Made by a program: the position numbers and the translations under genes
The notes under the pieces: model-generated
What the model was told of the DNA's origin: nothing
What the model saw: only the letters and a program-made list of their open reading frames with translations
The model's database searches: none
In this document: piece by piece, positions 31,420-43,469 of the stretch
How positions within the stretch are numbered: position 1 is the stretch's first letter
Layout: each line of letters starts with the position of its first letter
Origin: the human T2T-CHM13v2.0 reference genome, Homo sapiens
Length of the DNA stretch: 64,000 nt
Reading direction: 5' to 3' (one strand)
Assembly (NCBI RefSeq): GCF_009914755.1
Contig: NC_060929.1

Positions 31420-33629
31420 TTAACACACTGGCTCTTGCCACCAATGTCTAAGCTCCATGAGGAAAGGAATTTATTTTGTTTATTGCTGTGTTTCCATAAT
31501 GTAAATGTCAAATCCATTACTCACCACAAAAGCATGATTTGGAACCATTTTCCTGGTGAAGGTGTTTCAGATAGCTGAAGGTAGAGAGCTCTCTGGACTC
31601 TGAATCCCGACTTCCCTGCTCATTTTATCCTTCATATTCTTCCTCTTACCATTTTTACCAATAGGTTTTTTTAAAAGTAAACAAGAAATTGATTAATTTT
31701 ATAAATTGGATATCAGAGAGGCTCCTTATATCTCAGAGGCTGTGTGGGAGATATTTAACAAGTACCAACTGGGAGTCAGTGAACGTGCATTCTGGATTGG
31801 TGATGTCCTTGGCCAGCCTTGGAGTTCTGGCTTCCTTGAGATCTGAGTCTTCCTATGGAAATCAAGATTACAGTGCATCCTCTCAGAGCCCTGCACTCCG
31901 TAGCATGCTAATTCTAGTTATCTACATTTACCTAGATGGCCTTTTCCAATTATCTATGTATATCAGATGGTATCTACATACACCTATATCTGATTCTCAT
32001 TCCGATCTTTAAAAGTGAGAATATCTGAAATGTGCATTTGGCTTGTTTTGGGGTTTTCTTTGGTTTGGTTTGATTTTCCTACACTTAGCTAACCAGAACA
32101 CAAGGGCCTTTTCAGGACCTAGCCAGTTTCCCTCCATTCTTGGAGTAGCTAAGGGCCAGAGAGATGTTACCAAATGTTGTTTGGATGGACCTAGGACCCA
32201 AAGCATTTAAGAGGTTTTTGGATCTCGGAGCAAGAAAGGAACCTTAGGAGATATGAGGACAAATACAAATATCTTTTGTATTGATTCTAATTCCAAATCA
32301 AGTAAATTGGAGAACATGAGAATAAATGTGGTATTTAATTTGTTACAGTTTCTCCTCCCATCTATGAAGAATCTTCAAGCTATGAAGAGATATGTGGTGC
32401 CACTTTTCTCCTTCAAATCTCCTTTCTCTGTTTTTCAAGGTCAAAAAAATCTGACCAGGATTGTTTCATTTCTTTAGTTGTTTTTTTTTTTATGAAAATG
32501 TAGTTAAGCTTTATTGTTATGTTTCAAATTAAGAGTTATGCCTTTGTGTTAATAATGCATGGCAAACTCAGCTATAGAGAGCTTTGCCTAGCAAAGCTCC
32601 CTCTCTCCCTTCCTGGTAAACTTTCTGATAGCTCCAATGTTGCACATGCATAAAGTCACTGACTTCACCCAGTATGTCCTGAAGAACAAGGGACTCTCAC
32701 TTGGACTTGCACAGCCAAAGCAGAGAAAGTGACTCTATTCCCAAAGAAAATGCTCTCTTTGAAATCTCCAGACTTCAAAATAGCACAGTCATCTTCTTTG
32801 CTAAGCTTTACAACAACATGAGGAAGGAAAAGGATGATTACAGAAACTTTCTCATATCATTTTATGAAGTTAAATTTACCTACATATTATGTGCTTCAGT
32901 GTTTTATATTTTCTTTACAATTTTTTTCTTGCCTGAGTTGTAAATAATTTGCTCCCCCAACCCCCGCAACTTTTCTCCCCTCTGTTTAAATTACTCTGTG
33001 CTTTGCATTGCTTGGCATCAAGCAGTATCTTTGGATGGAGGCAGACTAGGAGGCATCTTGATTGCCAGCAAGATCTAACATTCAAAAATAAAGAAATGTT
33101 TTTTAAAAAGAAGATCTTTATTCAAGTGTGGTAAAACATTTTCTGAGATCATTCAGGAAGCTTCAGATTTGTGGAAGGGAGGCTGTATGCATATAGAATG
33201 TTATTATTGGAACTTTATTATTGTCACATTGATGTTACATTTCTCAGGAAATATATGCTAATGTGTTTCTACTTGCTTTTTTTAAGGCCTTGAGTAGATG
33301 TGCTGAATATTGAAGCTATTTGGCTGCCTAGAAAATATATCTTACAATTTATAAGCTGTATGTTATTATTTAAAAAAAAAATCAATAATCTCCCAGAATT
33401 TTGCATGAATAATATAGAGATAGAAACTTAGGTGATTTACATCTTATGGTATTCAGTTTTTAAGATACGTACAGATGACATACCAGGCAACCAATAAAAA
33501 ACTATATAATGTAGAGATTTCTCAATGAAATTAAGATAATTTATAAAATATAGTTTTCCATTTTAATTGTCTGAATTTAAACAACAGAGAGGGGGACTGA
33601 TAGAATTACAGAATTTTGCAGCAAAAAAA

Positions 33630-33694
33630 TACATATATATATAATCTATCTATTTTATATATATATATTATCTATCTAATATATATATAATCTA

Positions 33695-33740
<46 letters not shown>
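33630..33740. repeat. Interrupted (TA)n microsatellite
   Basis: TA array with TCTATC interruptions, ending in a pure run of about 20 units. Confidence 0.95.
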
Positions 33741-33742
<2 letters not shown>

Positions 33743-34289
33743 TGGGTAGCACTTTTCTAGTGTTTTTGAATTTGTTTACCAGTGAAGTGGAGAACCAGGT
33801 CCAGCTCTTTCTCCCCTTGGGAGCACAAGTAGAAATCCCCTCATCCAGCTGGCGTTAAAGAGGTTAAATATCTAAATTCCAAAGTTACTGACTCAAGTAT
33901 TATTATTAACTACTAATCTTTTACATGCTTCTAGCCATATTTATCCACATTTCCTCTGTTATTATTATAATTGTTTTAGCTGTCTTGTTTATTTCTACAT
34001 GCAGTAACATTTCCTTGTATGGCAAAATTTTTAAATTATGAACATATATGACATGTATGACATGACATGGATGAAGTACCTATAAGACATCATATATATC
34101 GTATAATTATGTGTGCCTCACAAAAGACAAAGTTCTTCCCCAAAGTGACACATCGATTTGAATGATTTAAATATCCATATGCCAGAGATGCAGTACTGAC
34201 AGAATGAACCACAGAGGTTAATATGTTGCTCCATATGGTAAGTATGGCATTGGCAAGACTTGACTTTGCTATGTTGTATGCGTCATTAC

Positions 34290-35213
34290 CTCAGACCTGA
34301 TGGACTGGGAGAAAATCCAAAGGAGATTTAAAAAAATAATAATAGAGAAGAGCCTTAGAAATCTATCAGAAGATTTAGTAATATGATAAGGGAATATTTA
34401 AGAGACAATGTATTTTTTAAAGCATTAATAAATGGAGGCAAAAATGTTGAGGAATACAGAATATATGTGATAAGTGACCACTTCCATTCATAGAGATTAT
34501 AAATAAACAACTGAATGGAAAAATGGGTAAAGGAGATGAAAGGCAAGTCACAGAAAAGTGATTACTCAGACTTCTCAAAAAAAAATTGAAAACAAATTGA
34601 ACTTATTAATATACAAAAAATTAACATTTAAAAAATGTTAAAATTGAATAGTCATTAAAGAAATACAGAATAAAAATAAATAAGATACTTGTGTACTGCA
34701 AATTGGCAAGAATTTAAAAGAATGCTATGAATCGATGTGAATAAGGATATGGGAAAACAGACATGCATATGCCGGCAGTGGGGGTGTAAATTGCACAACC
34801 CCTTTGGGCGGTAAGTTAGAAATATATTTCTAAAACCATGCAAATTTGCCTTTACTTTATCCCAGCTGTTTTATGTCTAGGAATATATTCTGTGAAATTA
34901 CAGGCATGCAGAAAGACTACAGACATGCAACATCATTCATGATAGTTTTCAAAAAAAGAAAAAAATTAAATCCTGAAAAGATAAAATATCCAACAATCAA
35001 GTATTAGTTCTATAAACAATAGTATGCCCATTTGTAGAATACAAATGCTGCCATTATAAATCCTGTGCCATAAGAAAATTTGTTGGCAGAAAATATTCAC
35101 ACTATATTTCTAGCTGAAAAAGGCAGGCCAGATGTTAGAATCTATGATGTAACTTTTTGAAAAGTATCAGTGCATACAAACATGCAAACATGTATGTTCT
35201 ATACAAAGAGAAC

Positions 35214-35284
<71 letters not shown>

Positions 35285-35340
35285 CAGAGAAATACTAGTG
35301 AAACACACCAAAATATTGAGTGATATTTTTAGTTAGGTTC
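34290..35340 (+). mobile_element. Ancient L1M (L1MC/ME) 3' fragments
   Basis: GAAAAATGGGTAAAGGAGATGAA...GGGTGTAAATTGCACAACCCCTTTGG...CTAGGAATATATTCT. Confidence 0.7.
35212..35290. repeat. Compound (CA)n(TA)n(GA)n microsatellite
   Basis: Directly visible. Confidence 0.95.
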
Positions 35341-36844
35341 CAAATAAGTTTGTTCTTTTTTTCCATTGACCAATCACTTTCGTAACTAGAGAAAAATTAA
35401 ATTTTTTCATCCATACTCAAAAATGTATTTATTTTTGAATTACATGTCACTCCTTCTTCAATGAAGTATTTGTTTAATAGGTTTTTTTAAATGTTGTACA
35501 TATATATATAGATGGTTAAGTATGTAGTAGGGGCATCTGTCTTAACTGGGTGCATGTAGATTTTATAATCTGTTTAATAGTTCACTTACCTGGGATATAA
35601 TTATCCTGCAACTCCAACTCTCCAGTGAATAATTAAGAATGGGAATTAATCCATGAAAGAGCTCTAAAGCCTAAATGTATGCCATACAGTTACCTGCACT
35701 GAAACTGACAGTTTAGATATAGGAGATTCTTTTGAGGCATCTTTATTTTTACTTTAAGCATAAGTCTCATAAATTTGGTTTTCAGGTTCTCATAGATTTT
35801 AATCTGCAAGTTAGAAAAAGGCTGTCAGGGAAGGTGCAGTCCAGAGAGAAAAGAAACAAAGATGCTTTTTAAAAAGATTGAAAAGACAGTAAAGGAAAGG
35901 GACAAGATTCTTAAAGCATCAGATAGCATGTGGGAAGAAACCTGCTTTTAAGTAGTCTGACGTATCAACTCTCTTACACCAAAGTTTAGTTATTCTATTC
36001 ATAATGATTTCCTAGAGTTGTGTGGGACACTGGGATACTATTTTCATTCTGTTTAAGAGTATAAGAAAGTATGTGCTACATTTTAGAAAGTTTTTCACTA
36101 AAAGTGGTTAAAACTTTTAAAGGTTTTCCTCAAAGGGTTACCCCTCAGTTACTTGGATAATTTCCTTATGTAAAATACTTTTTTTCTTGGCCAAGACAGT
36201 CAAAATGGGGCTTTGGTATGGGTATGTGTGTATGTATTCTCACCCAGCAAGTGGCTAGCGATAGGCTTTGATGCTTGGCATTGTAAGTACCAGAATAGCA
36301 ATGAGTGTGTAAGATGGTCTTGGAGATGCTAAGGATTAGAAAGATCATCAAATAAAGATGATGTAGATGTAGAGACCTGCATTTTAACCTAAGTTATAAT
36401 ATTACTTAAGAGAGTAAAATATGACCAAACTACATCTGTCTTACCCATTGCTAGCAATTGTCACATAACCTAGTTCAATCAGGGTCTCTAAAAGGTCCAA
36501 ATAATAGTCAAGTCACTTTCCTTTTTTCTGATATATTAAAAAAAATGCAAAACCTGGTTTTAAAATTGTGACATCTTTTTATTCTCTAATCTTATGTGAA
36601 TGTTTCTGTGACCATATGTGTAACGTTATTTAAAGATGATGATTTAAAAGTCTAAATTTGAGGCCTCTCTTAAATGTAAAAGGTCTCTCACAAATGGCTC
36701 TTCTCTTCTTCCCCTTACTACAAAGAGTACAAGACTAAGAGTAGTTCACTTGTAATAGGGATGGGAGGGAGAAGAGATAAAAGAGTATCTGGAGCATGAG
36801 ACACCCTAAACTTCTCTGAGCGCCTACAGTCTGATCCCTTAGAC

Positions 36845-37606
36845 CAGGGGTCCCCAACCCACCTCTAATGGAAGAAAACTGCTCTATTTGAGTCTTTATA
36901 AATCTTATGAGGAGCTCTCAATTTCTTTATTTTGAACTACAAAGAACTGCTTGGAGAGTACATATTATCCTGAAGGGACCTCAAACAAATCTAGTTTTGT
37001 ATACCTACACCAATAGAGAAACAAATTTCATATCAATCAAGAAACTCACAGTGGTATGACCTCACAATGGCAAGTGTTGGAAATTCTAGTAAACAAAGCT
37101 TGTAAAGGATTACTTTAAAAAGGAGTAATGTAGGTAAGTAGTTTTAGGAGAATATGGAAACACGCTTATAAGATAAATAGGAAAACAACAAAACCATGTG
37201 GCTGGGAATAAAATTTCCAGGAACAGTAGTAAACATGAATTGAAAAAGTTCCGTTACTTCACAGAACTCAGAAGTGAAAAATATTTACTTTAAACCAGTA
37301 CGGGTTCCTCGCCTGTTAGAAACTGAGCTGCCCAGCAGGAAGTGAGCGGAAGGCCAGGGAGCATTACCGCCTGAGCTCCACCGCCTGTCAAATCAGCAAC
37401 GCATTAGATTCTCAAAGGAGTGTGAACCCTATTGTGAACTGCACATGCGAGAGATCTAGGTTGCGCACTCCTTACGAAAATCTAATGCCTGATGGTCTGA
37501 GGTGGAACAGTTTCATCCCCAAAATATCCCCACCGCCACCCCTGTTTGTGGAAAAACTGCCTTCCACGAAACCTGTCCCTGGTGCCAAAAGCGCTGGGGA
37601 CCACTG
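36845..37606 (+). mobile_element. MER1B hAT-Charlie MITE with an internal foreign insertion of about 430 bp
   Basis: Left end CAGGGGTCCCCAACCC (36845-36860), body resumes at about 37295, right end GGGGACCACTG; perfect 8-bp TSD CCTTAGAC at 36837-36844 and 37607-37614. Confidence 0.93.
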
Positions 37607-37722
37607 CCTTAGACTGAGCATCTATTTGATCAGTTGGCTCTCATTTTCTCTAAGTCATCCCTTTGCCTTAAACTGAGCATCTATCTGATCAGCTGGCTCT
37701 CATTTTCTCTAAGTCATCGCTT
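37605..37722. repeat. 59-bp tandem duplication
   Basis: TGCCTTA(G/A)ACTGAGCATCTAT(T/C)TGATCAG(T/C)TGGCTCTCATTTTCTCTAAGTCATC(C/G)CTT present twice. Confidence 0.95.
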
Positions 37723-40700
37723 CCTTCCTTTGAACCCACCTTTCCCAGTATACCTCTCTTGCTCCATCAACTTTAAACATACTTTCACTTCCTCTGGAGC
37801 ATCCTATACCCATCTCACTTTGTTATTTCCTTTAGGTTCCAGTTAGACCTCATTTTCCTTAGCAAGCCCCATTTCTCTACCAAAAATTGTTTAGCTTCCC
37901 CTTTTATTACTCTCTCATAGCACTTACTGCACTAATTATGATTGTTTACATAGCTACCTCTCTCCCTCAGACTTCTCTGACACTGCTCTGGAATACAAAA
38001 TAGTAACTTAACTAGGAACTAGGTGGTCAGCAAACACAGCCATAGAATAGCATGGCATTGGCCTGGCTAGCTCTTATAAGAGGAAATAAAACAATAAGTT
38101 ATCTCTTTTTGGGTTCCAGGAGACAATATATCTTTAACGTTATAGTTGTTTATGTTTCTCCCCTGTGATTAACATTCTCCTTGCATAGAAATTTACTGAG
38201 CCATTATTGAAAATGAAATTTCATGTGTCTTTGCTATATTATTGTTATCAGAACAATCTGTCATTTATTCGTGACATTCTAAATGTTTGACCTTGGATTA
38301 GAGCCCTTTGCAAATTTATCTTACATAACTGAGTCATCAAAACAGAATACATTATAATTTAATTATTACTAAATAATGTTAAGTTAATCAAAGTGGTATT
38401 TAATACAATTGTATTGGAAATAAGTAATGGGCTCTAAAATAATGAAATATAGACCAAGTATTTTGAAGAATTTGTATCTTTGGCTAGTTTCTTTTCCCTT
38501 TGAAAGTAGAAAAATAGTCTAAAATGGCTTTGCTGAACAGAAAATTGTTGTAATTCGCTGAATGATGCTTCCTGCCGTGCTATACTTTTTTGATGGAGGT
38601 TTCAGATTTTTTAAAAAATCACTTTGTTTTTACATTTGTTTTATCCATTTTTGAGTATTAGAGGTAATATTTTTCTACACATTACTTTGAGACACAAGAA
38701 CTGGAATCATAAGGTTAAATTCAGATGAATTGTTGGCAAGACTACTAAATTCAAATGAAAAATTAGATTTTCTGCTTTATATGCAGTATATTAAATTTTC
38801 ACTCCAAAGACCATAAAACAAGAAACTCAAGAAAATGCAGAGATTACTAAATTTACAGACTGGTACAAAAGCTACAGACATACATCTTTCACCCAAGGTA
38901 AAAGATGAGAAAAATATGCAAAGTTAGATAACGTGACCAGGGTGTGTGATTTCTGTTTTGCTTTTGCTAATGGGATGTATTTTCTTTCATTGGTAAATTA
39001 GGGCATTTGCTGTAGTAGAAATTACTGGAGAACTTGACTCCAGAAGAGATGGTTCCAGTAAAGAAACTTTTAGAAACAGACTGGTGTCATTACAGCAACA
39101 GCTACAATGATCTGGAAAATACATCACAAGACCTGCGGTCAAAGCATAATCTGACAGCAGCCCAGCACCTACTCAAAATGCATTTCATCTTTCTCATGTT
39201 TTAGAAACAGTCCAGTGGACATTTTTACAGACGAAGTTATGAGACAAAGTTTACAGACAAGTTATGTGACAAAATTTGAAAAAGGTTTTCCAAATTCTGT
39301 CTCATAACTCGCAAAATCAGAAAGCAAATGACTACATTATTTTTAGCTCCACAAAGATGCATCTTTATAGAGTTATGGTTTACTGTCATGCCTCCTGTTC
39401 TTAGGATCAATGCAAGAATTTTCAGTTTGTACAGCATTTCTGAGACTTTCGGGCAACCGTAGCTGTAGATAGTCAAGGTATTTTATTCCATGATGTAAAT
39501 AATATCTCCATTTGAGTTTAATTCCAGGAAAAATTTGCCTGTACATTTATACAGATGATTTGGTACATATATATGAACTTGAGGAAACAAGGCTATGTAA
39601 CCCTACATATTTATCTTTCTGCCATAGCTGCCAAAAATGTAAAATCAAAGTCAGTTCCTGAGAGTTATAAAATCTGCTATATCATCAGCTAGCTCCTCTT
39701 CTTAGTTTAAGATGGTCTAGATTTTTTTTAAATCCCAAATCTTTGTTTTAATCTACCAGACTCATCATATAGTTATCTAATTTGTGCCCTGCATTAGGGG
39801 GTACTTGGGAAATAAATGTAGACTGCAATCCATTTGCCTACCCAGAGGGGAGACCAGTTTTAATTTTCAAAAAGACAACATAAGGCTAGAAGTATTGCCA
39901 AGACCATAAACCCATTAGAATTAGGCTGTATAGAAATCATTAATAAATATAAATGTCAGGTTTAGGACTCGTGTAGCCCTCTGGAAAAGTATTGAATTAT
40001 GATTGCTGTCAGGAAAAAGAAAGGTCAACATATGTCTCTGATTTATAGGTGTGGGTATACAATATATAAAACAAATATAATCAGATACGTACTGAATTGC
40101 AAGTATTTATAGAATAACTTCACGGTGAAATTATGTGTATATACATGCCTTTATTATACTTATGGCTACATTTTCAGTTTTGCTATCATGTTCAGGAAAG
40201 CAAAGCCCTTTCAGGGGACTTTTCAAACTGTGTCAAGGAAGGAAATGTGGAACCTGTAGTTTTATGCACTACCTATCTTATTACCACCATCGTAATAAAA
40301 CTTTCATTGTAAAAGAAGCCGTTAAGAACAAGCCATTTTGGAGATATTTTATTGAGCTTTAAAAATATTCATGTTGTCTTTTAAAAATAGATTAACAGTG
40401 GATTAACAAAACATAGATTAGAACTAGAGAGTATCAAAAAAGAGTATGGAAGAAGATACCATAGCTATATACATGGTATATGTGTATAGCTAAACTCAAG
40501 TGATTTAGTCTTTAGAATTAGGAAAATCTATTCATTAGCCACAGAGTCAAAATGAAGATGAACATGAAGCCCTTTTTATGATCTCATGAAGCAGAGAAAA
40601 TTTCATTATACCATGGTGGTGCTATTTCTCAAGCAAACTATTAAACCAGGATTTTATGGTAAAAAAAAAAAAATCAATTTGGACACTCATTTGAGTTTTT

Positions 40701-41059
40701 ATTAAAAAGCAGCATTATGTTATGATCAATCACATTATCCATCAATATAGTTACATCTTCTGGTTGTACATATACATACAGAGATATTTCAAGTGATAGG
40801 ATTTGATATGATTGTTTTTCTTTGTGCTTTTCTATGATTGCTTGATTTTTTATTTTAAAAATGCCTTATTTTACAACAGCAACAAAATTCATTCTAAAAC
40901 TAGGGAAAAAAAGGTTTGACTTAACGGTTGTATTTTCAGTAATAAAGTGTGCTAACAATTCCAGTATATCATATTTGACTGAAAGATCTTGGGTGGGACA
41001 GTGGGAAGAGTGAGCACCAGAATCACTTCTTAATACTAACTCTATCATTTATTCACTGC

Positions 41060-41350
41060 ATAACACAGTAGTTATCAACATTTATGTATTGCTTTCTATT
41101 TGCCAGGATCTATTCTAAATTTTACTAATTTAATCCTCACTATGAGGCAAGTGATATCATTATCCCCAGTTTACAGATAAGGAAAATGAGGCCCAGTGAT
41201 GTATAGCTAGTAATAAGTGGCAGACTCTGAATTTGAACCCAGGCTCTAGAGTCCTTGTATTTAACCATTAGCAGTATACCGTCTCTCATATTGGGAAAGT
41301 CACTTCAGTTATCAGAGCCTCTGCTTTCTCATCTCAAAAATAAAGTGACT
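41060..41350. mobile_element. Two MIRs (minus about 41060-41280, plus about 41285-41350)
   Basis: CCCCAGTTTACAGATAAGGAAAATGAGGCCCAG...ATTTGAACCCAGG; TTGGGAAAGTCACTT...AGCCTCTGCTTTCTCATCT. Confidence 0.85.
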
Positions 41351-42279
41351 GGCTCCAGAATGTTTTATTATAGACAGTTTGCCTGGAAACACAGAAAGAA
41401 TCAAGTGGCAGGGAGCAGTGAATTACCATATTCTCAGCGATCTTTCTCAAGTCATTGTCTTATATTTGTTTAAGGATCTCTAGGTTTGCAGAAACTAGCA
41501 AGAGTATAGTTAATATGCATACTTACGCAAAAAAAAAACCCATGCTGCTCGAAGAACGGGTCCACCCTGCATAGGAGTTTAGTTCTGATAAGTCTCATAA
41601 TTGGAACCAGAAAACAAGTGTAACAGATGTTTTGACATTATACTTCTTCACAGCAGGTGTCATGGATAGCTATAACAGTTACAAACCTTTACCAGAAGTA
41701 TGAAAACTGAAGGAACAGGGAAGAAACCTTCAGAGACTGTGCTATGTTTATCTTCCTTGATGAAGTGTATCACCAGTTTTGAGAACATTAAATGGAAGCT
41801 GATTTTTACCACGTAAAAGGTGAAAGCCTTGATGAAATGATTTCTGTGTTCCAATTTATTAGGAAAGATAAGATAAATAATTCAGAACTGAAAGTAGGAA
41901 AGAAACTTTTTTATAGAGAGTAAAAAAGAAACCAAATCCATGCCTGTAAGATGAACATGGAAGAATGAGTGGGTTAAAGAATACAGGAAGAAAAAACTCA
42001 CATCTTATAGCCCTTAACTATTAACATTTAGATAAAGATGGAAGGAAAGAGGAATCTCGTTTAAGACATAGTTTACTTATACCTTAGCCACTTTCAAAAT
42101 GTTCAGAGAAAGGAAAAGTACTATTCGACATCTATATCACTTTTCCTGTTGTGGCTGTAACAAATTACCACAAATTTTATTCAACCTACCACATTATCTT
42201 AAGACCCTAAAATGAAAAAATGACTCATTTGGAATAGGGACCTTCAAAACTGAAATTTTGAAATAATAGTGAAAGATCC

Positions 42280-42660
42280 AATATTAGCTAAGAAAAGTTA
42301 GACATACGCTATAATAACAAATAAATACTACATCTCAGTGGCTTCGTGTATAAAACAGTATTTCTTGCTCTTGGAATATCTTTTATGAGTCCTATAACTA
42401 CAGAGCATCTCCATCTCAAGCAGGAACTCTGAGAAACCAGTGTGGGTTAATCTTATAACTCTATCATCTCGATATGTACCCTACATTTGCCATGGCAAGA
42501 GGAGCCCTAAATAGTTACATGGAAGCTTTTTACTCCCTAGTTCAAAAGTAACATGTCACACATTCATATTCTCTTGTCATATGGCCCACCTAGCCCTAAG
42601 GAAGCTAGGAAGTGTATTCCATGTGCTCGGGAATGAAGAACCAGATATTGATGTCTCTTA
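42280..42660 (-). mobile_element. MLT1-type solo LTR
   Basis: GCTATAATAACAAAT...ATCTCAGTGGCTT...TATTTCTTGCTC...GCTAGGAAGTGTA. Confidence 0.7.
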
Positions 42661-42729
42661 AGTAACTGATATGTTACTGCCTAGGATCCTATCTGGCAAG
42701 AAACTTTCTGTGAGACTAGCATAAGCAGG

Positions 42730-43425
42730 TTTCAAAATTTTTAATGAGCTGAGGTCATTGAAAAATATGAAGAGTAGTCAAGTTAAAAAAGTAAGATGAA
42801 CATTTTGGGGGTTAGTGTTCAAACTAGGAAGAATAGAGCCGATACTTAGAAAAGATGTGATCATTTTAACAAGAGATAGGGCAAATCAGGAGAGAAGAGA
42901 AATTGCATAGAGGTACTTGTAATTCAAGAGTGACTAGGAAAGTTTAATTGCTTGGAGTGGGTTTCCTGGTTAAGATTAATTGTAGCCCAAAGTAAAAGAA
43001 AACCTGCAAGTGAGATCACTAAACTGTTGATAGTGATCTCAACACTCATGGAGAATAGAAAGGGAACTACAGCACTAAAGTCTACAAATATTGTCTTGAT
43101 TTTTCACAAGAGTGAAAATATAGATTCTGAAACCTTTATACCAGAGAGCTTGATGATACTCTCTTACACAATTCTGAAATGGATGATAAAATAGATTGTG
43201 AGTCCATAGAAGGGAAAGTGATGGTCAAATGAAGCCAGCATGAACTCAAAAACATTTCTTTCTCTTCATTTCCTGAGAGAGCCTATACACTGGTAGATAA
43301 GGGAAACAGTGTGGTTATATCAGGGTTTCACTAAGGTTTTTGAGAAAGTTTCTCATGATATCTCTTGAGGACCAGATGAGGAAAGGGGTTCTAATTGATA
43401 ATACAGTTAAGTGGATTTGTAACAA
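42730..43425 (+). mobile_element. CR1/L3 LINE reverse transcriptase fragment
   Basis: ORF 42952-43194 NIVLIFHKSENIDSETFIPESLM resembles the CR1 RT motif NVVPIFKKGKKEDPGNYRPVSLT; downstream AGCCAGCATG and TTCACTAAGGTTTTTGAGAAAGTTTCTCAT resemble the QHGF and DFSKAFDKVPH regions. Confidence 0.85.
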
Positions 43426-43469
43426 GTGGCAAATAAGAGAAAGTTTTTTTAAAAAAGTAAGAATAGAAA

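Larger units (their letters stand above)
30950..31500 (+). mobile_element. L2 3' region split by a composite Alu insertion
   Basis: CATCACTTCCTCAGAGGCCTT...TTACTTGTTTATT, then TAAGCTCCATGAGGAAAGG after the insert. Confidence 0.75.
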
